Assembly (NCBI RefSeq): GCF_030028105.1
Contig: NC_092379.1
Location: 20,499,309 to 20,563,308 of the forward strand
DNA length: 64,000 nt
Origin: Mobula birostris
Taxonomy: Eukaryota
Reading direction: 5' to 3'
Under the pieces are notes generated by a model, which was not told the origin of the DNA, did not search any database, and worked only from the letters and a program-made list of their open reading frames with translations. Both the position numbers and the translations under genes were made by a program. How positions within the stretch are numbered: position 1 is the first letter of the stretch; each line of letters starts with the position of its first letter. Positions 1 to 10,429 of this stretch are shown here, piece after piece.

Positions 1-850
1 AGAGATTCATCACTCTCTGGGATAAACAGTTCCTCCTCATTTCCATCCTAAATCTACTCCCCCAAATCTTGAGGCTGTGTCCCCTAGTTCAATCCCATCA
101 CTGTGATTGCACCCTGCCTGTTCCTGAGTTTCACTCAAATGGACTCAGTTTCTCACCTCTCCATTATGTCTCCTCTGAGTGCAGCTGTGATATTGTCCCT
201 GACTATTAATGCAACACACCCCCTCTTTATCTCCTCCTCTATCTTTTCTAAAACTTCAAAAACCTGGTACATTAATCACCCATTCCCGCCCCTCTCTCAA
301 CCAAATTTCAGTAATGGCTATAACATCATAGTTCCATGTACGGATCCGTACTCTCATTTCATCACCCTTAACTATAATACTCCTAGGTATACCCAGAATT
401 ATTCTACACCTTCCCATCCTATGTCACCTCTTTCTAATGATTTCATTTAATTTTTTGCCAACACAGCCATATCACGCCTTCTGCCAACCGACCTGTCCTT
501 TCGATACAATGTGTATCCCTGGATATCAAGCTCCCAACTATAATCTTCTTTCAGCCACAATTCAGTGATGCCCACACTGTCATACATGCCAATCTGTAGC
601 TGTGCTACAAGTTAATCTATCTCATTCTGTATACTGTCTGAATTTAAAGATAACACTTTCAGTCCAGTATTCATCACCTGTTTTTGATTTTTGTCCCCCT
701 TTTGCATTGCAACTCATCCCATTGACTGCAGTTTTGCCCTGTCATCAGCCTCTGCTTGCTAGCAGTCTCACAAACACTGCCTTTGCTTGTAAGCCAACAA
801 CTCAACCCTCAGCCTTATCTCTCTATTTAACTGATTATCGATTAAAATTA
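1..850 (-). mobile_element. Internally deleted CR1/L3 LINE remnant (3' piece joined to endonuclease region and ORF1 end)
   Basis: Minus strand reads ...ITELWLKEDYSWELDIQGYTLYRKDR, an APE endonuclease N-terminus like that of the intact ORF at 13889. Confidence 0.8.
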
Positions 851-870
851 GAAACTGCAGATAGATACTT

Positions 871-2043
871 CTAAATTTTTAGGAATTTGGTTTGATAAAA
901 AACTCACATGGTCAATATTTATTAAAGAAATAATAACCAAAAGTAAGAAAGTAAGGTTAATCAGTGGGGCAATGAGGACAACACCAGTGGTGGCAATGGA
1001 GGTGGAGTTGGGAGAGACACCTCTGGAACTGAGAAGATCACAGCTTGTGTTAACATATTAGGTAAACGTACAAGGGCCTGGAGAAAATCATCCAAGTAAA
1101 CAGCTTTTAGATCGATGCTGGGAAAAGGAAAGAAGGAAATTCAGAAATTTTGCACGGACTATTGAAGGGAAAGCAAAAAGGCCAGGAATTAGTAACAAGG
1201 CCCCAAGTGATACACTGCCTTTTCCTGGGCTGTCTCCATGACTGTGTGAAGCACCAGAGGTGGATCCTAAATTATTCAGAAAGAGATGGAAAAGTAGAGA
1301 AGTCAACATAAATCAAGATATAGTTGAATGTTATGTAAATAATATTAATTATGGATATTTACGAATTTACACAGATGTTTCAAAAAAGGTAATACTGTGG
1401 TAGATTAGGGGTAGGATTGGTAGTGCCTGATTTTAACATGAAAAAGCAGGTGAGGATAAACGATGATTTCTCAGTGGATGCAGGTGAAATGACAGCTGGA
1501 CTATTGGCTTTGCAGTGGGTGGAGAAAGTGAGAGCATGCGAGTTGTAATATTGTCTGATTCAAGCACAACAATCCGGAGTCTAAAAGATTTACATTAAGT
1601 GGGAAAACCAGAGGTTGTATGTGGGATAATACAAACCTTATTTCAACTTAAAATCGTATCCAGAGAGAAGTGGGGTAGTTTAGGAATGCACGAAAGAGTA
1701 GGAGGGAGGAGTGATAATATCGAGACTGAGGTTTGGGCACACAGGGTTAAAGTACATTGTTTTTCATAAAGAAACGTAACAATGGGAGGTGTGAATATTG
1801 TAATCAACAAGACATAATCAAGAAGGGATGGACGATTTAAAAGTTATCTCAATACGATTTAACATTAACAGCATTTTGCAGAAAGGATCAGAGGATTATT
1901 GCTTAAAATTATAGTTCTGTTACTTCAGAGCACAGATCTTTTTATATAAAATGATATATAAATATGGGGTCAAATATAAATATGTGGGTCATGACACGTT
2001 GACCCATAGTCCAGTTCAGAAGGGGCGGCAATGCACCTTAAAA
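871..2043 (+). mobile_element. Nimb/I-clade LINE 3' remnant with RNase H
   Basis: Frameshifted translation gives FLGIWFDKKLTW, GAMRTTPVVAMEVELGETPLELRR, IYTDVSK, GVGLVVPDF..FSVDAGEMTAGLLALQWVE and VVILSDS; ends with GGCGGCAATGCACC. Confidence 0.8.
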
Positions 2044-2770
2044 AGGATGTTTGCGAGAGTGTCGGGATGTAAACATACACAGGCCATTCCCACCATAGGC
2101 TGTTTGCCGAAAGAAGAATTATGAGAAGGGAATAAACAAAGTAAATATCAGGAAGATTTAGTGAACCAGACGTCCCACCTTCCGGTTTCTATCCTTGCCG
2201 CCATTGGTTAAAAGGACCGACGGTCTTCCCACCCATCTTTCACGGGATTAGAGAAACATGCAGACCGCCTGTCGCTATTGGTTGCTTGGAGGTCCGCATG
2301 TTCCCACCCATTGGTTTGCGCGCATGGCCGTCATACCACTTGCTCTACCATTGGTCAAGTTTTTTTTAAAACTTGCGAAGATCGAATCGTATGAAAAAAT
2401 TTCGGAAAGATCCATTTGGTTCACAAAATTAAAGTAGATGGATCACCAAAGCAGGAAAATTTTGGAGGTTATAAATTTTATGATTAACCACCTAAAACTT
2501 TTGGAACAAAAGCGTAGCAGCTTTACGCCTGCGCTGAATGGTGATGTTTACCGGTCATTGCCGTATAAATTATTATTTCCGTACGGTATCTCTGAAGCCT
2601 CGGTGAACATTGGGAGCGAACTTCCCATTTGATGGTCACATGTTGTGATGTTTTGAAAAAAGAAAACGATGTTTCATGGCAGTTGCGATCGTCTTCCAAA
2701 TACTGAAATGGAGACTTTAGATACCCAAACGCCCTTGCGCGTAGAATAAGCTCTATCTCGAGTGGAACTG
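2044..2770. promoter_or_regulatory. Element X copy 1: CpG-rich promoter-like non-repeat sequence
   Basis: ATTGG (CCAAT on minus strand) at 2203, 2277, 2310 and 2350; TTCCGG at 2180; GCCGCCATT at 2197; repeated CCCACC; many CpGs in a CpG-poor window. Confidence 0.5.
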
Positions 2771-2774
2771 GAGA

Positions 2775-3080
2775 CGAAGTAGGATTGAGACCTTTCATGT
2801 GGACTGAAAGACAGAGGGGAGGTGACCGGGGTAAAGAGGCGAGGGAAGGGGTAGAGCAGGTGCTGTCAGGTGATAGGGGCCGCCAGGTGAGCGGGTGTAC
2901 AGGCGGATGGGGAATGGAATAGTGGCAAAAGGCTGAAGATAATGGAATCTGATGGGAGAGGAAGGTGGAGCATGAACTAAAGGGAGGGAGGTGTGGAGGG
3001 CAGAGGGGAGTAGTGGGGACGGGAACCAGTGGGATGAGTGTGTGGGTTGTGTCACGGACTGGTATGGAAACACCCTTGAA
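2775..3080 (-). mobile_element. Degenerate Penelope-like 3' region
   Basis: Reverse complement resembles the pyrimidine-rich PLE 3' region and ends in a decayed CAGTC..ATGAAAGGTCTC hammerhead-like motif. Confidence 0.5.
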
Positions 3081-3145
3081 TAGAAAAGCCTACAAAAATG
3101 CATGGATACAGACTAGATCATCACAGGTAAAGCCCTTGTTGTTAC

Positions 3146-3480
3146 TGTGAACGAAGTCACCAGAGAGACAGTGAAGCTGGTGGTGATAGAAGTCTTTATT
3201 CAGCAAAACAAGCAGCGGAGATCATACTCCAGACACTCTTGGAAGAAGAGGCCTGCCTGACCCAATATTACATGACATTTTTATATGCTAAATATGAAAC
3301 GTAACAGCAGGACAATGCTGTAGTTACAATGTTATTTAGAATGCTCCCTTTGAATGACATATAATTTTCAAATACCTCCATCTTCACATCCACACTCCAT
3401 GCACACAAAACAAATGTTAATTCCCAGTGACTCTGGACCACATTCATGCACAAGCAGGTATCTGAGGTTGAATTTATCTG
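3146..3480 (-). mobile_element. Partial LTR, truncated by a PLE insertion
   Basis: Minus strand has a TATA-like GCATATAAAA, then AATAAA, and terminates ...GTTCACA; paralog near 31403-31740. Confidence 0.45.
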
Positions 3481-4128
3481 AGGGCAAGGAGTTATAGTGA
3501 GAGGGACAGAGGGAGAAAAAAGAGAGAGGAAAAAAATAAGTAATAAATAAACAAACAAACAAATAAGGGATGGAGGTGGGGCATTAACGGAAGTTAGAGA
3601 AGTCAATGTTCATGCCATCAGGTTGGAAGCTACCCAGATGGAATATAAGGTGTTATTCCTCCAACCTGAGTGTGGCTTCATCTTGACAGTAAAGGAGGCC
3701 GTGGATAGACATATCAGAATGAGAATGGGATGTGGAATTAAAATGTGTGGCCACTGGGAGATCCTGCTTTCTCTGGTGGACAGCCTTGCCCATCCTCTGG
3801 GCTCCCCTCCCCCTTTCTTTCTCCCTAGGCCTCCCGTCCCCTGATCCTCTCCCTTCTCCAGCCTCGTATCCCTTTTGCCAATCAACGTTCCAGCTCTTAG
3901 CTCAATCCCTCCCCCTCCTGTCTTCTCCTATCATTTCGGATCTGCCCCTCCCCCTCCCACTTTCAAATCTCTCACTGTCTCTTCTTTCAGTTAGTCCTGA
4001 TGAAGGGTCTCAGCCCGAAACGTCGACTGTACCTTTTCCTATTGATGCTGCCTGGTCTGCTGCGTTCACCAGCATTTTTTGTGTGTGTTGCTTGAATTTC
4101 CAGCATCTGCAGATTTCCTCGTGTTTGC
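3481..4128 (+). mobile_element. Penelope-like element with 5' inversion (GIY-YIG C-terminus inverted, 3' end direct)
   Basis: 3481-3782 is the reverse complement of the GIY-YIG end (HFNSTSHSHSDMSIHGL..RLGSFQPDGMNIDFSNFR); 3783-4128 is the direct PLE tail. Confidence 0.85.
3992..4029 (+). ncRNA. Minimal type I hammerhead ribozyme motif (PLE-type)
   Basis: AGUC-CUGAUGA-A-GGGU(CUCA)GCCC-GAAA-C-GUC/GACU; stem I AGUC:GACU, palindromic stem III ACGU; predicted cleavage after 4024. Confidence 0.75.
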
Positions 4129-4149
4129 AAAAACTTCTGTAGTTCTTTC

Positions 4150-5850
4150 GTGGTGTCTCAGGAAGGCAGCGTCCATTATTAAAGACCTCCAGCACCCAGG
4201 GCTTGCACTTTTCTCACTGTGATCAGAGTCATAGTCATTGTCATAGTCACAGTCATACTTTACTGATCCCGGGGGAAACTGGTTTTCATTACAGATGCAC
4301 CATAAATAATAAATAGTAATAGAACCATAAATAGTTAAATAGTAATATGTAAATTATGCCAGTAAATTATTAAATGTCCAGGACCAGCCTATCGGCTCAG
4401 GGTGTCTAACCCTCCAAGGGAGGAGTAGTAAAGTTTGATGGCCACAGGCAGGAATGACTTCCTGTGATGCTCTGTGCTGCATCTCGGAGGAATGAGTCTC
4501 TGGCTGAATGTACTCCTGTGCCCACCCAGAACATTATGCAGTGGATGGGAGACATTGACCAAGATAGCATGCAACTTAGACAGCATCCTCTTTTCAGACA
4601 CCACTGTGAGAGAGTCCAGTTCCATCCCCACAACATCACTGGCCTTACGAAAGAGTTTGTTGATTCTGTTGGTGTCTGCTACCCTCAGCCTGCTGCCCCA
4701 GCACACAACAGCAAACATGATAGCACTGGCCACCACAGACTCGTAGAACATCCTCAGCAAAGTCCGGCAGATGTTAAAGGACCTCAGTCTCCTCAGGAAA
4801 TAGAGACGGCTCTGACCCTTCTTGTAGACAGCCTCAGTGTTCTTAGACCGGTCCAGTTTATTGTCAATTCATATCCCCAGGTATTTGTAATCCTCCACCA
4901 TGTTCACTCTGACCCCCTGGATGGAAACAGGGGTCACCAGTACCTTAGCTCACCTCAGGTCTGCCACCAGCTCCTTAGTCTTTTTCACATTAAGCTGCAG
5001 ATAATTCTGCTCACTCCTTGTGACAAAGTTTCCTACCGTAGACCTGTACTCAACCTCATCTCCCTTGCGGATGCATCCAACTATGGCAGAGTCATCTGAA
5101 AACTTCTGAAGATGACAAGACTCTGTGCGGTAGTTGAAGTCCGAGGTATAAATGGTGAAGAGAAAGGGAGACAAGACAGTCCCCTGTGGAGCCCCAGTGC
5201 TGCTGATCACTCTGTCGGACACACGTTGTTGCAAGCACACGTACTGTGGTCTGCCAGTCAGCTAATCAAGAATCCATGATACCAGGGAAGCATCCACCTG
5301 CATCGCTGTCAGCTTCTCCCCCAGCAGAGCAGGGCAGATGGTGTTGAACGCACTGGAGAAGTCAAAAAACATGACCCTCACAGTGCTCGCTGGCTTGTCC
5401 AGGTGGGCGTAGACACGGTTCAGCAGGTAGACGATGGCATCCTCAACTCCTAGTCAGGGCTGGTAGGCGAACTGCAGGGGATCTAAGTGTGGCCTGACCA
5501 TAGGCCGGAGCAGCTGTCATCAGGTAGGAGATACAGAAGCCTGAAGGCACACACTCAGCGATCAGGAACAGCTTCTTCCACTCTGCCATCCGATTCCTAA
5601 ATGGACGTTGAAGCTTTGGACACTACCTCACGTTTTTCATATACAGTATTTTTGTTTTTGCACATTTTTTAATAATCTATTCAATATACGTAATTGATTT
5701 ACTTGTTTGTTTATTATGTTTTATTTTATTTATTATTATATTTTTTTCTCTCTCTGCTAGATTATGTATTGCATTGAACTGCTGCTGTGAAGATAACAAG
5801 TTTCACGTCACATACTGGTGATAACAAACCCGATTCTGATTCTGATTCTG
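4150..5850 (+). mobile_element. Rex1/Babar-type LINE 3' fragment with (GATTCT)n tail, interrupted by a second Rex1
   Basis: RKAASIIKDLQHPG..RSLKAHTQR motif; uninterrupted paralog at ~32385-32790. Confidence 0.75.
4226..5518 (-). mobile_element. Rex1 LINE, 5'-truncated, specific to copy 1
   Basis: STGAPQGTVLSPFLFTIYTSDF..KFSDDSAIVG reverse transcriptase motifs; (ATGACT)n-like tail at 4226-4258; absent at the paralogous site near 32455. Confidence 0.9.
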
Positions 5851-7464
5851 AACCGGAGGTGATCAGGGAGTTTAAGGTAAAGAACCCTTAGGAACTAGTG
5901 ATAACAATGTGATTGAGATCAACTTGAAATTGGATAGGGAGAAAGTAATGTTTGACATAGCAATATTTCAGTGGAGTAAGCGAAATTACAGTGGTATGAG
6001 GAGTTCACCAAAGTAAATTGGAAGGAGCTGCGAGCAGGGATGTCAGCAGAGCAGCAATGCCATGTGTCTCTGGGGAAAAATGAGGAAGGTGCAGGACATG
6101 TGTATTCCAAATATGAAGAAATACTCAAATGGTAAAATAGTACAACTGTGGCTGACGAGGGAATTCAAAGCTGATGTAAAAACAAAAGAGAGGGCATACA
6201 ACAAAGCGAAATGATTGGGAAGACAGAGGATTGAGAAGTTTTTAAAAACCTACAGAGAACAACGAAAAGAATCATTAGAAGGGAAAAGATAAAATATAAA
6301 AGCAAGCTAACAGTAATATCAAAGTGGATAGCGAAAGCTTTTTGTAGTATGTAGAAATTAAAAGAGAAATGAGAGTGGATATAGGACCGCTACGAAATGA
6401 GGCAGGAGAAATAATAAATGGGGAACAAGGAGATGGCAGATGAATTAAATGAATATTTTGCATCAGTCTTCACTGTGGAAGGCACTAGCAGCATGCCTGA
6501 TGTTGTAGTGTGGGAAGGAAGAGAAGTGGGTGCTGTTACTATTAGAAGGGAGAAGGCTGAAGACCTAAAAGATCATAAGTCACCCAGACCAGAGAAACAG
6601 CACCCTAGCGTTCTGAAAGAGGGAGCATTAGAGATTGTGGTGACAGTGGAAATGATCCTTTCAAAATCATTGGACTCTGGCATGGTACCAGAGGACTGGA
6701 AAATTGCAAATGTCACTCCACTCTTTAAGAAAGGAGGAAGGCAGCTGAAAGGAAATTATAGAGAAGTTAGACTGACCTCAATGGTTGGGAAGATGTTCGA
6801 GTCAATTGTTAAGGACGAGGTGACGGAGTACTCGGTGACCCAGGACAAGACAGGATAAAGTCAGCGCTGTTTCCATCAGGTAAAACCCTGCCTGATGAAC
6901 CTGTTGGAATTCTTTGAGGAGATTACAAGTAGGATCGATAAAGGGGATGTAGTGGATGTTGTATATTTGGACTTTCAGAAGGCCTTTGACAAGGTGCCAC
7001 ACATAAGGCTGCTTAGCAAGTTAAGAGCCCATGGTATTTCAGGAACGTTACTAGGATGGGTGGAGCATTGGCTGATTGGAAGAAGTCAGCGAGTGGGAAT
7101 AGAAGGATCCTTGGCTGGTTGGCTGCCAGTGACTAGTGGTGTTCCGCAGGGGCAGTGTTGGGCCCACATTTTTTATGCTGTGTATAAATGATTTAGATAA
7201 TGAAACAGATGGCTTTGTTGCCAAGTTTGCAGATGATACAAAGACTGGTGGAGGAACAGGTAGTGTTGAGGAAACTGGTATGATGCAGAAGGACAGACGG
7301 ATTTGGAGAATGGGCAAGAAAGTGGCCAATGAAATATAATGGAGGAAAATGAATGATCATGCACTTTGGTAGGAGAAATAAATGTGTGGAGTATTTTCTA
7401 AACAGGGAGAAAATCCAAAAATCTGAGATGAAAGGGACTTGTGAGGCCTTTTGCAGAAGACCCT
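5851..7464 (+). mobile_element. CR1 LINE ORF2 remnant, frameshifted
   Basis: PEDWKIANVTPLFKKGG, VYLDFQKAFDKVPH, SGVPQG and KFADDTK motifs. Confidence 0.9.
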
Positions 7465-8240
7465 ATAACCATATAACAATTACAGCACTGAAACAGGCTA
7501 TCTCGGCCCTTCTCGTCCATGCCGAACGCTTGCTCTCATCTAGTCCCACCGACCTGCACTCAGCCCATAAACCTTTCCTTTCCTGTCCATATACCTATCC
7601 AATTTTTCTTTAAATGACAATATCGAACCTGCCCCTACCACTTCTACTGGAAGCTCATTCCACACGGCCACCACTCTCTGAGTGAAGAAGTTCCCCTTCG
7701 TGTTACCCCTAAACTTTTGCCCCCAACTCTCAACTCATGTCTTCTTGTTTGAATCTCCCCTACTCTCAATGGAAAAAGCTTATCCACGTCAACTCTATCT
7801 GTCCCACTCATAATTTTAAATACCTCTATCAAGTCCCCCCTCAACCTTCTACGCTCCAAAGAATAAAGACCTAACTTGTCCAACCTTTCTCTGTAACTCA
7901 GGTGCGGAAACCCAGGTAACATTCTACTAACTCTTCTCTGGACCCTCTCCATTTTGTTGACATCTTTTCTGTGATTTGGGGACCAGAACTGTACACAAGA
8001 CTCCAAATTTGGCCTTACCAATGCCTTGTACAATTTAACATTTCATCCCATCTCCTACACTCAATGCTCTGATTTATAAAGGCCAGCATACCAAAAGCTT
8101 TCTTCACCACCCTATCCACATGAGATTCTAGCTTCAGGGAACTATGCACCATTATTCCTGGATCACTCTGTTCTACTGGATTCTTCAGTACCGTACCATT
8201 TACCATGTATGTCCTATTTTGATTAGTCCTTCCAAAATAT
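7465..8240 (-). mobile_element. CR1 LINE 3' end, tail-to-tail with the preceding copy
   Basis: YKALVRPNLESCVQFWSP..GLYSLERRRLRGDLIEVFK, followed by a CR1 3' UTR. Confidence 0.9.
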
Positions 8241-8249
8241 AAAGGTAAA

Positions 8250-8960
8250 CTTTCAAGTCAAATCGTCACTTTTTATTGTCATTTCGACCATAACTGCTGG
8301 TACAGTACACAGTGAAAACAAGACAACGTTTTTCAGGACCATGGTGCTACATGAAACAATACAAAAACTACACTGAACTACGTGAAACAACACAAAAACT
8401 ACACTAGACTACAGACCTACCCAGGACTGCATAAAGTGCACAAAACAGTGCAGGCATTACAATAAATAATAAACAAGACAATAGGCACAGTAGAGGGCAG
8501 TAGGTTGGTGCCAGTCCAGGCTCTGGGTATTGAGGAGTCTGATGGCTTGGGGGAAGAAACTGTTACATAGTCTGGTCGTGAGAGCCTGAACGCTTCGGTG
8601 CCTTTTGTCAGATTACAGAAGGGAGAAGAGTTTGTATGAGGGCTGCGTGTAGTCCTTCATAATGGTGTTTGCTTTACGGATGCAGCGCGTGGTATAAATG
8701 TCTGTAATGGTGGGAAGAGAGACCCTGATGATCTTCTCAGCTGACCTCACTATCCGCTGCAGGGTCTTGCGATCCGAGATGATGCAATTTCCGAACCAGG
8801 CAGTGATGCAGCTGCTCAGGATGCTCTCAATACAACCTCTAGAATGTGGTGAGGATGGAGGTTGGGAGATGGACTTTTCTCAGCCTTTGCAGAAAGTAGA
8901 GATGCTGCTGGGATTTCTTTGCCATGGAGCTGGTGTTGAGGGACCAGGTGAGTTTCTCCG
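8250..8960 (-). mobile_element. Rex1-type LINE 3' fragment
   Basis: IRKANTIMKD..HP.YKLFSLL..RLCNSFFPQAIRLLN; (CTTGA)n-like tail, expanded in the paralog at ~35085. Confidence 0.75.
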
Positions 8961-9640
8961 CCAGGATGATTTGGTGGTGAGGAAGGCAAATGCAATGTTA
9001 ACATTCATTTCAAGAGGTCCAGAAAACAAGAGCAGGGATGTGATGCTGAGGCATTATAAGGCACTGGTGAGGCCTCACCTTGAATATTGTGTGCAGTTTT
9101 GTGCTCCTCATCTTAGAAGAGATGTGCTGGCATTGGAGAGGGTCCAGAGGAGGTTCACAAGGATGATTCCAGGAATGAAAGTGTCATAATATGAGGAGCA
9201 TTTGATGCTTCTGTGTCTGTACTCGCTGGAATTCAGAAGGATGAGGGGGAATCTCATTGAAACCTGTTGAAAATTGAAAGGCCTGGACAGAGTAGATGTG
9301 GAAGGGCTGTTTCCCATGGTGGGAGAGTCTAGGACAAGAGGGCACAGCTTCAGGATAGAAGAGCGTCCATTCAAAATAGAGATGCAGAAAAATTTCTTCA
9401 ACCAGAGGGTGACGAATCTGTGGAATTTATTCCCACATGCAGCTGTGGAGGCCAGAACTTTGTGTGTATTTAAGGCAGAGATTGATAGGTTCTTGACTGG
9501 ACATGATATCAAAGGTTGTGGGGAGAAGGCTGGGAACTGAGGTTGAGGAGGAGATAAAAAAAGGATCAGCCATAATTGAACAGTGGAGCAGACTAGATGG
9601 GCCAAATGGCCTAATTCTGCTCCTATGTCTTATGGTCTAA
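8961..9640 (+). mobile_element. CR1 LINE 3' fragment with 3' UTR
   Basis: VVRKANAMLTFISRG..LVRPHLEYCVQF, then GGGCCAAATGGCCT..TCTTATG tail. Confidence 0.85.
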
Positions 9641-10429
9641 AATAAATCTCAGGGTAGTATATGGCGGCATCTATGTACTCTGATTATAAATTTACTTTGA
9701 ACTTTGGACTTTCAGAAGGCCTTTGACAAGGTGCCACACATGAGGCTGCTTACCAGCTTAAGAGCCCATGGTATTACCAGAATGATACAGAGGGTGGAGG
9801 ATGAGAAAGAGACGGTGTTGTGGGTCAGGGAGATCAGGAGGCGGGAGGTAAGGGACAGAGGAGGGCAGCAGTTATTGGATGCTGAAGAAATCAATTTTAA
9901 TGCTGTCAAGGTGTTGGCTCCCCTGGAGAATATCAGCACCCCCAGGACCCAACTGTTTACTGTGAAAGACTTTGCCTGGTTTGACTTCACAAACTGGAAC
10001 ATCTCATGCAGAGTCATAGAGCATGGAAATAGGACTCTTGGCCCAACTGGTCAATCTGGACCAAGTTTTGCATCAAAGTTGCCCATTTACCAGTGTGTAC
10101 CCCACATCCCTGTAAAACAAGTGTTCCCAACCCTTTTATGCCATTGACCAATACCATTAAGCAAGGGGTCCAGGTACCGAAGGTTAGGAACCCCTGCTCT
10201 GAATCCTATCAATTCATGTACTTGTCCAAGTGTTTTTTTAGTGTTGTTCTTGTATCTGCCTCACCCACATCATCAGGCAGCTGATTCCATATGCAGACCG
10301 TCCTCTGGTTGAAAAACTCGTTCCTTCTGTTCCCATCAAATCTTTTAACTCTGTCCTGAAAACTGTGCCCCCTGGTAGGTGATGGGTGGGAGTGACAAAA
10401 GGCTGAAGATAATGGAATCTGATGGAAGA

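Noticed and set aside
2160-2210. Minus-strand ATGGCGGC..AG|GT as a coding first exon of X
   Set aside because: The ATG is lost in copy 2 (ACG), the donor sites are weak and no downstream exon can be linked
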